Source: Minisyncoccota bacterium
GTDB lineage: Bacteria; Patescibacteriota; Minisyncoccia; Phycocordibacterales; Phycocordibacteraceae
DNA length: 64,000 bases
Direction: 5' to 3'
Assembly (NCBI GenBank): GCA_041660025.1
Contig: JBAZXD010000001.1
Location: 158,499 to 222,498 of the forward strand
In this document: one piece after another, positions 37,510-46,498 of the stretch
How positions within the stretch are numbered: the stretch's first letter is position 1
How the letters are laid out: each line of letters begins with the position of its first letter
The notes under the pieces: generated by a model
Told to the model about the DNA's origin: nothing
What the model saw: the letters and a program-made list of their open reading frames with translations, nothing else
The model's database searches: none
Translations under genes and position numbers: made by a program

Positions 37510-38763
37510 TTACTTCTTATGCCGGCGAAGAAATGCCGGTATCGCGCCCCAGGATTCGTCATCCTCAGGGACTGCCGGAGCGTTCTCACGCTTGCGCGGC
37601 AGGGCGGTGACGACAGGCTCTTCCTTCTCGACGGGAGCCGGCTCATCCTTTTTCGCGCTACGCTTGTCCGAGCCTTTCTCCTCCGTTTCCGGTTCGTCGC
37701 GCTTCAGGACATCATGATAGATGCGGCCGCGCTCTTCTTCGCGCTTCTCGGCCGGTATTGAGAAGAGGGAGCGCTCGAATACGTTCGTCGAAGAGTGCAC
37801 CGCGCCCTCGGGGAAGCCGGTCGCGATGACGATGATGCGGAGTTGGCCCTTCTTGAGCTTCTCGTCGCGCATAATGCCGAAGATGACCTTCGCATTCTTG
37901 TCGATGGACTCGTTGATGACCTTTGCGGCCTCCTGTACTTCGATGATGCCGAGGTCGTCTGAACCGGCAACGACGAAGAGGATGCCCTTCGCGCCGCTGA
38001 TGGAGACGTCGAGGAGCGGGGAATTGACGGCCATCTTTGCGGCCTCCTTCGCGCGGTCGTCTCCCTCGGCGATGCCGATGCCCATAAGCGCGGGGCCGGC
38101 GCCCTCCATGATCGCCTTGATGTCGTTGAAGTCGGTATTGATGTCTCCGGGCGTCGTGATGATGTCGGAGACGCCCTCGACCGCCTGGCGCAGTATCTCG
38201 TCGCACATAGCGAAGGCACTCTTTGCCGAGGTCTGCGTGTCGACGATGGAGAGGAGCTTGTCGTTCGGGATGACGATGAACGCGTCGACCTCCTTCTTAA
38301 GCTCGGCGAGGCCGCGTTCGGCGATATCCTTGCGCTGAGCGCCCTCGAAGGAGAACGGCTTGGTAACGACCGCGATGACGAGCGCCCCGACCTCCTTCGC
38401 GATCTTCGCGACGATGGCGGACGCGCCGGTGCCGGTGCCGCCGCCCATGCCGCAGGTGATGAACACCATATCGCTCCCGGAGAGCGCCTCCTGGATCTCC
38501 TGACGCGTCTCCTCGGCGGCGCGCTTCCCGAGCTCGGGGTTCATACCCGTGCCGAGCCCGCGGGTGAGATTCTTGCCGATGTGGATCTTGCGCTTCGCGA
38601 GCGAGCGGTGGAGGTCCTGCGCATCGGAGTTGACGGCGATGAATTCGACGCCGCGCACCTTCGACTCGATCATATGGTTGATGGCGTTCTTACCGGAACC
38701 GCCGACGCCGACGACACGAATTCTCGCAAATGTCTCAATCTCGGGTTCGATGCGTTTGGACAT
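37510..38763 (-). CDS. ftsZ: Cell division GTPase FtsZ
   Basis: It has the tubulin signature GGGTGTGAS and the T7 loop. The start was set at MSKRIEPEIE. Confidence 0.9.
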   Translation of the reverse strand: MSKRIEPEIETFARIRVVGVGGSGKNAINHMIESKVRGVEFIAVNSDAQDLHRSLAKRKIHIGKNLTRGLGTGMNPELGKRAAEETRQEIQEALSGSDMVFITCGMGGGTGTGASAIVAKIAKEVGALVIAVVTKPFSFEGAQRKDIAERGLAELKKEVDAFIVIPNDKLLSIVDTQTSAKSAFAMCDEILRQAVEGVSDIITTPGDINTDFNDIKAIMEGAGPALMGIGIAEGDDRAKEAAKMAVNSPLLDVSISGAKGILFVVAGSDDLGIIEVQEAAKVINESIDKNAKVIFGIMRDEKLKKGQLRIIVIATGFPEGAVHSSTNVFERSLFSIPAEKREEERGRIYHDVLKRDEPETEEKGSDKRSAKKDEPAPVEKEEPVVTALPRKRENAPAVPEDDESWGAIPAFLRRHKK

Positions 38764-38823
38764 ATAAATATATTGGCTAGTCAGGCCATCATAGCACTCT
38801 AGGAACGGATGCAAATATTGACA

Positions 38824-39984
38824 TTAAGGCAAAAATTGTTGGAGGAATTTCCCGAAGGCGGCGCCGAAACTCTTTTTCGGCGCGTTGGTGTCGCCGGTGA
38901 GTCCCCAGAGCGCGAGTCCGTAGGCGACCGCCCACGTCGCGTCGCGGATCTTCGCGTCGGAGGGGATGCGGAACTCCGCGAGACGCGCCGGGAGCTTCAA
39001 GGAACCCTTCGCGATATCGCTGATGCTTCCCGCGCCCGCGCCGCCGCCCGAGATGATGATGCCGGCGGGCAGAGGGCCGCGTCGGCCGAGCGACTTCAGG
39101 TGTTTGTCGATGAGCGCGAACATCGTCGTGAGACGGCTCGCGATGAGGTCGTCCACCTTCTTGCGCGGGTACATCTGCCCTGAGAGCCTGCCGAGCTTCA
39201 CCCGCTCGGCCTCTTCGAGCGAGATGCGGAACCCGAGCGCGATATCGTCGGTGATGTGGCCGGAGCCCATCGGGAACACCTTGACCGACACCGGGATGCC
39301 CTCGTCGTACACGACGATCGATATCGTCTCCGAGCCGATGTTGGCGAGCACACAGCCCTTCATCTTCTGGTCGCCCTCAAGCAGGACGTAGGAGCCCGCG
39401 AGCGGGGAAGCCATCTGGTCGATGACCTCGATATCGGCATCCTCGACCGCCTTGGCGAGCACCTCCTCGTGCTGGGCGAGGCAGGTGACGAAGAGGTAGT
39501 CGACCTCGAGCCGAACGCCCTTCATCCCGAGCGGGTCGCCGAGCACCTTGACCCCGTCGACGCGGTACTCGAGCGGGATGCTGTGGAGGACGTGTCGGTT
39601 GAGGAATCCGGGCGCCGCCGCTTCGCGCGCGACCGCACCCGCCTTCTCGATATCGAGCAGGCTTATCTCCTGGTCGGCGCGCGAGATGATGGCGGAGCCG
39701 GTCGCGCGCGCCTCGTCGAGCGAGATGCCGCCGACGGAGAGGAAGGCGGCGCGTATCGGCACGCGCGCGACCGACTCCGCCTCCCGCTTCGCTTTCACGA
39801 TGCTCGCGGAGACCTCTTCCTTATTGACGATGTAGCCGTGCCGCAGACCCTTCGACTCGGCGAGGCCGGTGCCGAGAATACGAAGTTGCCGCGTCTGAGT
39901 GCGCTTATCGAAGAGTTCCTCGACGACGACCACTTTTATCTGGTACGTGCCGATATCGATGCCGGTGGCTATGCGTCGTGACAT
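38824..39984 (-). CDS. ftsA: Cell division protein FtsA
   Basis: It has an actin-like ATPase fold (IATGIDIGTYQIKVVV ... SGGGAGAGSISD) and lies immediately upstream of ftsZ. Confidence 0.85.
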   Translation of the reverse strand: MSRRIATGIDIGTYQIKVVVVEELFDKRTQTRQLRILGTGLAESKGLRHGYIVNKEEVSASIVKAKREAESVARVPIRAAFLSVGGISLDEARATGSAIISRADQEISLLDIEKAGAVAREAAAPGFLNRHVLHSIPLEYRVDGVKVLGDPLGMKGVRLEVDYLFVTCLAQHEEVLAKAVEDADIEVIDQMASPLAGSYVLLEGDQKMKGCVLANIGSETISIVVYDEGIPVSVKVFPMGSGHITDDIALGFRISLEEAERVKLGRLSGQMYPRKKVDDLIASRLTTMFALIDKHLKSLGRRGPLPAGIIISGGGAGAGSISDIAKGSLKLPARLAEFRIPSDAKIRDATWAVAYGLALWGLTGDTNAPKKSFGAAFGKFLQQFLP

Positions 39985-40381
39985 GGGGTAAAGGGCGAGC
40001 GGCGCCCGGGACGAATTTCGCCAGGAGCTTTCGTTCGCATTGTTCCATCCTAGCACTATGCGCCCATCCTTTTATATGGAGCAACCCGTGGATAAATAAA
40101 TAGAGGACAAATGCACGCGCATTCATCATGTAGCTCGGCGCTTGTTTTTCCGCTTCAGAAAGGCAGATGATGACCTCGCAGCTCTTGTCCGAGAGTGCAT
40201 ACGAGAGAACGTTCGGAGTGTAGTCCTTGCCGCGCAACTGCTTATTAAGAGCACGCGCCTTCGTCGCGCCGACGAAGGCGAGCGAGATGTCAGAGTGGGG
40301 AAGCACGTTGTCCGCGATTGCAGAAAATACAGAACGCGACGCCGTACGGCGTCGCGTCGTGTTCTGTATAGAAACTCCCAT
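39905..40381 (-). CDS. ybeY: Endoribonuclease YbeY (rRNA maturation factor)
   Basis: It has the zinc-binding motif HGLLHIKGWAH (an HxxxHxxGxxH type). The 3' end of the ORF overlaps the ftsA start by ~80 nt, so either the true stop lies earlier or the genes genuinely overlap. Confidence 0.55.
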   Translation of the reverse strand: MGVSIQNTTRRRTASRSVFSAIADNVLPHSDISLAFVGATKARALNKQLRGKDYTPNVLSYALSDKSCEVIICLSEAEKQAPSYMMNARAFVLYLFIHGLLHIKGWAHSARMEQCERKLLAKFVPGAARPLPHVTTHSHRHRYRHVPDKSGRRRGTLR

Positions 40382-40388
40382 CGTCGGG

Positions 40389-40655
40389 TTACCGCTTGCC
40401 GCCCTTGCGCACCTTCTTTGCGGCGGGGTCGATCTTACCGAGCTTCACAAGTTCGTTGTAGGTCTCGCGGCGGACCTTCGAGATAAGGGCGCGCTTGTGG
40501 CCGACGTTCTTGGACTTACTGCGCTCGAAGTAGCGGCGGTCGCGCATCTCGCGCACCAGCCCGAGCCCCTGCGCCCGGCGGGTGAAGCGGCGAATGAGCG
40601 CGGTCGAACTCTCGTTCTTTCCGCGCTTTACCTCGACTCGTGTGTCGGCTGACAT
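40389..40655 (-). CDS. rpsU: 30S ribosomal protein S21 (putative)
   Basis: It shows the pattern ALIRRFTRRAQGLGLVREMRDRRYFERSKSKN, comparable to the S21 ALRRFKR...AG...E.RRREFYEKP block. It has a basic C-terminus. Confidence 0.5.
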   Translation of the reverse strand: MSADTRVEVKRGKNESSTALIRRFTRRAQGLGLVREMRDRRYFERSKSKNVGHKRALISKVRRETYNELVKLGKIDPAAKKVRKGGKR

Positions 40656-40753
40656 AGTGAAAGGACTCTAACATACAAGCCGTAGAATTGTCCACTCCTG
40701 GGCGTACCTGGGCGTAAATCGAACGGCTCAGACGGGGTCTGAGCCGTTTGGAC

Positions 40754-41899
40754 TCAGGCAAAGGCCTTCAGTCGCTCGGCGAGGCCGAGAAGCGGGAGGA
40801 TGGTTTCTTCCTGGGTCTGTCGGTTGCGCAGGATAGCGGAACCCTCGAGCGCCTCCTTGCGCCCCATAATAAGGAGGTAGGGACTGTTACGCCGCTCGGC
40901 GAGACTGAGCTGTTCGGTCAAAGATTCGACGCCGATGTCCTGCGCGAGCGAGACGCGCGCCTTGCGGAAGTCCTCGGCGAGCTTGATGGAGAGCCGCTTC
41001 GCCTCGTCGCCGATATGGACAAAGGAGTAGCGCAGACGCGCAGGCTTCGTCTTTGCGGTCGCCATCCCCTCGCTCGCCACCTGAAGCACCGCGCCGGTCG
41101 CGTTGAAAGGGGCGCCGGGGAAGAAGTGGCGCGCGAGGTCGTTGTAGCGCGAGCCCCACGCGACGCGACGCCCGCCCGCGAGCACCTCGAAGCACGTATC
41201 GTTCCAGATGCTGCCGCGGCTGATGAGCGTCCGCGCGAGTTCGTAGGGCGTCTCGGTCATCTCTAAGTATTCAAGCAGGTCTTCGAAGCGCTTGCGGCTC
41301 GCGTCCGAGAGGTGCTCGGTCGGCGCGGGCAGATCTTCGGCGCATTCGCGCAGGATGGCGAGCTCGGCCGCGGCGAACGTGTCTTGCTTGGCGCAGGTGA
41401 TGCACTCTTCAGGGAGCGTGTTCGCGCGCTTCTTAAAAAAGTTTCCCAGCTCGCGCGCGTAGCGCGCGCGGGTCTCCTTGTCGCCCATCGAGTTGATGCG
41501 CACCACCGGCTCTTCATGGTAGAGGTCGCGCACGAGTGCAATGAGCGCGCGGATGACGATCGCGTCCGCGAGCGCACGGTCGCTTCCGAGCGCATGGAAT
41601 TGTATCGTCGCCTTCTTCTGCGCGGGGCGGCCCGGCGCGATGTTGGTGTGCCAGAGGAAGAGCGGCTGGCGCTGGGTCGGCGCGCACTCGGCGTTCCGGC
41701 ACTGCTTCAAGAAGCTCGCGATCGTCTCGGCGACGGGGTCGAGTGTGAGCGCAGAGAGCGTCTCCGGGAGTCCCGGATTCGCGCGCGCGGCGCCGCGCTT
41801 CTTGACCGTGAGCGCCACGAGCGGCGTGAACCCGTAATACTGTCCGACGGCGCGCGCCTTGTTCAGAAGTTCTTCCGCCGGGATGGTATCGCGCATCAT
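40754..41899 (-). CDS. Histidyl-tRNA synthetase-like class II aaRS (divergent N-terminus, short form)
   Basis: A region resembling HisRS motif 3 is present (GGRRVAWGSRYNDLA...GAVLQVASEG), together with a C-terminal anticodon-binding-domain-like segment. The N-terminal motifs 1 and 2 are not clearly recognisable. Confidence 0.5.
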   Translation of the reverse strand: MMRDTIPAEELLNKARAVGQYYGFTPLVALTVKKRGAARANPGLPETLSALTLDPVAETIASFLKQCRNAECAPTQRQPLFLWHTNIAPGRPAQKKATIQFHALGSDRALADAIVIRALIALVRDLYHEEPVVRINSMGDKETRARYARELGNFFKKRANTLPEECITCAKQDTFAAAELAILRECAEDLPAPTEHLSDASRKRFEDLLEYLEMTETPYELARTLISRGSIWNDTCFEVLAGGRRVAWGSRYNDLARHFFPGAPFNATGAVLQVASEGMATAKTKPARLRYSFVHIGDEAKRLSIKLAEDFRKARVSLAQDIGVESLTEQLSLAERRNSPYLLIMGRKEALEGSAILRNRQTQEETILPLLGLAERLKAFA

Positions 41900-42474
41900 G
41901 GTGCTCTAGGGAGTGTCGTGCTCGCAGAGTAGGCTGCGGCGCCGGGGAAGAATCCGCTTTCCCGTACCGGCAGGAGCCGCAGGTCAACGCGGCCGATGAT
42001 GTCTTTCTTCGGCAAGGGTCCCCAGACGCGGCTGTCGGCGCTGTTTGGGCGATTGTCGCCCATCACGAAATATTCTCCCGGGAGAAGCGAGACGTCTCTG
42101 GTGTAGGTCGCGTCTTCGTTCACGATATACGGCTCGGCGAGCGCCAGTTTCTCTCCATCGGCAGTGAGGATGTCGACGACGCCGCGATTGATAGAGACGG
42201 TCTCGCCCGGGAGTCCGATGATGCGCTTGATATAGAAGAGCGAAGGGTCCTTCGGATAGCGGAAGACGATGACGTCGCCGCGCGCGGGCTCGCGGAAGCG
42301 GTAGATGAACTCGTCGATGACGAGATAATCGAGATTTTCAAATGTCGGATGCATCGATTCGCCGTCAACGACGAACGGCGACACAACGAAGAGGCGGATC
42401 GGGATGACCACGACCACAATAAGAAGCGCTAACGTGAAAAGATCCTTTAAGAGACCCTTCCAAGTGTCGGACAT
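41896..42474 (-). CDS. lepB: Signal peptidase I
   Basis: It has box B GESMHPT (catalytic Ser), box E GDNRPNSADSR, and an N-terminal TM anchor. Confidence 0.8.
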   Translation of the reverse strand: MSDTWKGLLKDLFTLALLIVVVVIPIRLFVVSPFVVDGESMHPTFENLDYLVIDEFIYRFREPARGDVIVFRYPKDPSLFYIKRIIGLPGETVSINRGVVDILTADGEKLALAEPYIVNEDATYTRDVSLLPGEYFVMGDNRPNSADSRVWGPLPKKDIIGRVDLRLLPVRESGFFPGAAAYSASTTLPRAP

Positions 42475-42612
42475 GCGGGCATTGTACTCGTCTGTTGGCA
42501 CTACGCAAGTATTGCGCTCGTTGGCGAGCAAAAATGGTCGCGCTCCGGGCCGAGGCCCTGGTCTTACTACCATTTTTCCTCACCGACTCGCTTCATGTGC
42601 TATATTTTCCGC

Positions 42613-43209
42613 ATGGCACTCGTCATTGTCGGGCTCGGGAACCCGGGAAAGGAGTATGAAAAGACGCGACACAACGCGGGAAGGAATGCCGTCGAGCTCA
42701 TTGCGAAGAATAATGGCTTCGACGACTTCGTTTTTAATAAAACAGTGAAGGCGCTCGTGAGCAAGGGCGCGATCGAAGGAGAGAATGCGACACTCGTCCT
42801 GCCGGAAACGATGATGAATCTCTCGGGGAAGGCCGTCGTTGCATTTGTGAAGTCGCCGAAGGCGGCGAAGAACCTTCTCGTGATTCACGATGATCTCGAT
42901 TTGCCGCTCGGCACCATCAAGATGGTATTCGCGCGCGGCAGTGGCGGGCACAAGGGAGTTGAGAGCGTGATGCGAGCCATTAAGACCGACGCATTCGCGC
43001 GCATTCGCATCGGCATCAGCGCGCCGGGGAAAAAGAATCAGGCGAAAAAAGTTTCTGGAGAAGAGAAAGTCATTAAGCAGGTGATAGGGAAGTGGAGACC
43101 GGCCGAAGAAGCGGCAGTAAAGAAAGTCCTGAAAAAAGCCGCGGAAGCCGCGCGCCTCTTCGCAAGCGAAGGTATCGAATCTGCCACGATGTTCGCCAAC
43201 ACAAGATAA
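42613..43209 (+). CDS. pth: Peptidyl-tRNA hydrolase
   Basis: It has the N-terminal signature LVIVGLGNPGKEYEKTRHNAG and is of Pth length. Confidence 0.85.
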   Translation: MALVIVGLGNPGKEYEKTRHNAGRNAVELIAKNNGFDDFVFNKTVKALVSKGAIEGENATLVLPETMMNLSGKAVVAFVKSPKAAKNLLVIHDDLDLPLGTIKMVFARGSGGHKGVESVMRAIKTDAFARIRIGISAPGKKNQAKKVSGEEKVIKQVIGKWRPAEEAAVKKVLKKAAEAARLFASEGIESATMFANTR

Positions 43210-43236
43210 AAAATCCCGCGTTACCGCGGGATTTTG
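43208..43236 (+). terminator. Rho-independent terminator of pth
   Basis: The hairpin aaaaatcccgcg-ttac-cgcgggatttt is followed by a T-tract. Confidence 0.6.
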
Positions 43237-43547
43237 AAAGTTGCTCGAAGCCGTAGTTCCGAATGGAAGGTGGCAAGTCTTCCTCATTTGCGTTGTGTGG
43301 AATGTTGGGTCAATCCGCCTTGAAATTATGCTTAACCGGTATACTTCAGTCCCCATGACCGGAGTCTTACGGAGAGCGTGGTGATGTTCCACCACACTGC
43401 ATGCCGTAAGGGTACCATACAAACACAACACGGCACCCGGAGGGGCACCGTGTTGGCATCTATGGACTTATGAAGTCCTTTTACTTCTTCTTGCCCGCGT
43501 AAGCGAAGCTTTCATCTGACTGCGCTCGGAGAAAATAAAAGATGCTT

Positions 43548-44672
43548 TTATTTTGCTCCTCGCTTGCCGCTGTAGGTAAGCGTCATACGCTGTTCCTTCG
43601 GTTCGAACAAGGCGATGGTGAAGGGATACGTCTTCCCGAGTTCGAGCGCCTCGCGGAGCTGTGCCGGCGACTCGAATTCAGAAACGTGCACGAGCCCCGC
43701 GACACCCTCTTCTATCGACGCAAGCGCGCCGTGCTTGTTGTACTTGATGATGACGCCCGGCACCTCCATACCCTTCGAGTAGCGCTCGGCGGCGGTGTGC
43801 CAGGGATTCTCCTTGAGCGCCTTGATGGAGAGCGATATCTTGCCGTCCTTTATCTCAATAACCTTGACCCGCACCTTATCGCCGACGGTAAAGAGCGCGT
43901 GCGGGTCCTCGACGAGGCCCCAGTCGAGCTCGCTGATGTGCACGAGGCCTTCAAGTCCCGGCTCCACCTTCACGAACACACCGAAGTCGACGATGCCCGT
44001 TATCTCACCTTCGGCCGTGTCGCCGACCTGGTACTTGTCAATCAAGGACGCCTTCTCCTCGGCTTCGTTGCCGGTGCGCTCCGAGAAGATGAGCTTACCC
44101 TCCTTTGCGTCGGCGGTGATGATACGCACCGAGAGCGGGTGGCCGACGAGATTCATCAGTTCGCCGAGTATCTTGTCCTTATCGCCCTCCGGCACGCGCG
44201 GATAGTGCTCCTTAGAGAGCTGGGAGGCGGGGAGGAATCCCTGGATGCCCTGCCAAGAGAGGATGAGCCCGCCCTTGTTCGCCTCCTCGACGGTGAGCGA
44301 GTAGGGAGTCTGCGCGACGATAGCCGTCTCGGCCTCGCCCCAGATAGCGGCCTGACGTGCCTCCTTCAAGGAGAGCTCGATGTAGCCCTCGCGGCCTGCT
44401 GGGTCGACGACCTTTGCGCTGATGGTGTCGCCCGGGTTCGCCTTACGGAGCACGTCGGCGGCGTTAAGGAATTCGCGACCGTAGATGAGGCCGGTGCCGA
44501 ACGGCGGGAGGGCGATGTACACACGCCCGCGGTTCATCGCGATGATGGTGCCCTCGACGAGGTCAGCAACCGCCGGCGGCGTCGGGATGGAATCAATAAG
44601 CCCGGCCATCGGGTGTCCCTCCGGCAGGTGGATGGTCGGCAGGGGCACCGAGACTTTCTTCTCCTCAGACAT
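43548..44672 (-). CDS. rpsA: 30S ribosomal protein S1 (four S1 domains)
   Basis: It has repeated S1 OB-fold motifs (G.V..I..FGVFV....GL.HISE). The start was set at MSEEKK. Confidence 0.85.
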   Translation of the reverse strand: MSEEKKVSVPLPTIHLPEGHPMAGLIDSIPTPPAVADLVEGTIIAMNRGRVYIALPPFGTGLIYGREFLNAADVLRKANPGDTISAKVVDPAGREGYIELSLKEARQAAIWGEAETAIVAQTPYSLTVEEANKGGLILSWQGIQGFLPASQLSKEHYPRVPEGDKDKILGELMNLVGHPLSVRIITADAKEGKLIFSERTGNEAEEKASLIDKYQVGDTAEGEITGIVDFGVFVKVEPGLEGLVHISELDWGLVEDPHALFTVGDKVRVKVIEIKDGKISLSIKALKENPWHTAAERYSKGMEVPGVIIKYNKHGALASIEEGVAGLVHVSEFESPAQLREALELGKTYPFTIALFEPKEQRMTLTYSGKRGAK

Positions 44673-44792
44673 AATATATAAACAGTGCGGATTTTCCGGA
44701 TCAGTACTTGAACCTTTCGGCGCAAGGGTTAGCTGACCCGTACTTCTCCCCACGTAACAAAGGGACTATAGCACAAGGCTTTGGAAAATAAA

Positions 44793-44830
44793 ACAGGGTT
44801 GCGTTTCCGCAACCCTGAGTGCTTTTCTCT
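44793..44830 (-). terminator. Rho-independent terminator downstream of the small secreted-protein gene
   Basis: On the minus strand, cagggttgcg-gaaa-cgcaaccctg is followed by TTTTATTTT. Confidence 0.45.
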
Positions 44831-44904
44831 ACGCTGCCATCTGCCTCCGTAAGGTTATGGTGCGGTTGTATCAGCGTGAATGCGCCGACAGGTCTCTTCT
44901 CGCC

Positions 44905-45261
44905 TTACCCGGACCGCGCGCCCGTGTGGCCGGTAAAGTCGGGTTCGACGGGGTCGACGGCAGCGGCACTGGTAATGCCATCGCCGTTCGGCAGGTCGCG
45001 CGCGGCAAGACCGATCTTCGCCTTGAGGTTGGCCGCTACGTCCGCGGTCATGATCGACAGATCGAGCTTGGCGTCGAGGACGATGATGCTGCCGGGCTGG
45101 CTCGCCAGCATGGTGGGTCCTGCAACCGGCGCGGGCCTTTCCTTGGCGTTGTCGACCTTGATCGCATAGGCACCGCCGACTTCGAGTGCGAATACCGAGC
45201 TCATACCCAGCAACATCGCCGCGGCGCAAGCCATGCCAAGAACGCGTTTGAGTGTCTTCAT
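44905..45261 (-). CDS. Small secreted hypothetical protein (118 aa)
   Basis: It has a convincing signal peptide (MKTLKRVLGMACAAAMLLGMSSVFA). It was chosen over several overlapping GC-rich alternative frames, and a terminator lies downstream. Confidence 0.45.
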   Translation of the reverse strand: MKTLKRVLGMACAAAMLLGMSSVFALEVGGAYAIKVDNAKERPAPVAGPTMLASQPGSIIVLDAKLDLSIMTADVAANLKAKIGLAARDLPNGDGITSAAAVDPVEPDFTGHTGARSG

Positions 45262-45396
45262 CGTGACCTCCTTAGGTTGTACAACGGATTGGTACCGCGG
45301 AAGGACGCCCCGAGACGATACAAGCTGTCAAGAGAGCGTCTGAGCGTGAATATACCAAAACAAACCTTATTTACAAGAGGTTTTATGGCGTGGTGG

Positions 45397-45440
45397 GGAC
45401 AGTCGCGCGACAGCGTTTTTGAGCCAAAAACGCTGTCGCG
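45397..45440. promoter_or_regulatory. Long palindrome (tcgcgcgacagcgttttt-gagcc-aaaaacgctgtcgcgcg) in a divergent promoter region
   Basis: A ~18-bp perfect inverted repeat lies ~15 nt upstream of an extended -10 (TGcTAAAAT) for the MBL-fold gene. Confidence 0.35.
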
Positions 45441-45473
45441 CGGGAGAGTTTTGTGCTAAAATATACACACTAT

Positions 45474-46115
45474 ATGGTCATTACTCACCACGGCGGACAG
45501 TGCTTTAAGGTAACGCTCGGCGACCTCACCATTGTCTTCGACCCGATAGCCAAGAATGCGTCGCTCCCTGCAGTACGCTTCGGCGCGGACATCGCGCTCG
45601 TCTCGCGCGACCATCCGGATATGAACGGCGTTGATGAAGTCACCTATGGCGAGAAAAAGCCTTTTGCGGTGACGGGCCCCGGCGAATACGAGCGGCAGGG
45701 CGTCGTTATTCAGGGATTCCTCTCCAAGAGCAAATATGGTTTGAAGAAGGGCGAAGAGGACGCCATTAATACTATCTATAGCGTGGAGCTCGAGGATATG
45801 ACGCTCGTACATCTCGGCGCGCTCTCCGACACCGAGCTTTCAAAGGAGGCGCGCGAGAGTATCGATGATATTGACGTGCTCTTCGTACCGGTCGGCGGCG
45901 ACGGTGTCCTCTCTCCCGCAAAGGCGCACGAGCTCGCCGTCTCGCTCGAGCCGAAGATAATCGTCCCGATGCATTGGAGCGGCATTGGTCAACCGAAGTC
46001 GCTCGAAGCGTTCATTAAGATAGCGGGAAACGGGAGCGAGAAAGTCGATAAACTCACCCTGAAGAAGAAGGACCTTGTTGGGCTCGAGGGGAGTATACTG
46101 GTACTACAGGCATAA
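45474..46115 (+). CDS. MBL-fold metal-dependent hydrolase (UPF0173-like)
   Basis: It has an ITHHGGQCF-type motif and an overall beta-lactamase-fold pattern. The start was set at the ATG that lies ~12 nt after the -10 element, so the mRNA has little or no leader. Confidence 0.65.
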   Translation: MVITHHGGQCFKVTLGDLTIVFDPIAKNASLPAVRFGADIALVSRDHPDMNGVDEVTYGEKKPFAVTGPGEYERQGVVIQGFLSKSKYGLKKGEEDAINTIYSVELEDMTLVHLGALSDTELSKEARESIDDIDVLFVPVGGDGVLSPAKAHELAVSLEPKIIVPMHWSGIGQPKSLEAFIKIAGNGSEKVDKLTLKKKDLVGLEGSILVLQA

Positions 46116-46132
46116 CACCCTAACTTTTTAGT

Positions 46133-46480
46133 ATGAAAACCATTCTTGACCACATCGAACGCGTGCAGGGCAAGCCGCATCACGTGCGCAAGCGCATCGC
46201 GTTCGCCTCGGCCGCTCTCGGCACCGCGTTTATCGCGCTCGTGTGGCTCGCGGGTTCGATAGGGACCGGCACGTTCGCCATCCGCGACAACTCGTTCGCC
46301 TCGGCGGGGCAGGAGGGTACCACGCCCGAAGCCGGTCCCGTGGTGAACGGGATGGCGGGCGCCGCCGCCGCGCTCCCCGCGCAGTCGGCGGATGATGCTC
46401 CGGCGTACATCGAGATCATCGACGCTTCCGCTCCCGCAGTGCCGCAGAAGCAGGCCGAGCGGACGACCATCCCTTTCTAA
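46133..46480 (+). CDS. Hypothetical small membrane protein (115 aa)
   Basis: An ORF with one TM helix lies upstream of gyrA. Confidence 0.4.
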   Translation: MKTILDHIERVQGKPHHVRKRIAFASAALGTAFIALVWLAGSIGTGTFAIRDNSFASAGQEGTTPEAGPVVNGMAGAAAALPAQSADDAPAYIEIIDASAPAVPQKQAERTTIPF

Positions 46481-46498
46481 CCGGATAATTGGATAACT

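Noticed and set aside
37704-38338. Several ORFs of 160-205 aa overlapping ftsZ on both strands
   Set aside because: They are alternative frames or antisense of ftsZ. FtsZ has the tubulin GGGTGTG signature, and the others have low-complexity composition.
44819-45459. Three mutually overlapping ORFs (44819-45169 +, 44857-45459 +, 44855-45229 -)
   Set aside because: Only the minus-strand 44905-45261 frame has a signal peptide and a downstream terminator. The others are GC-rich alternative frames with no start context.
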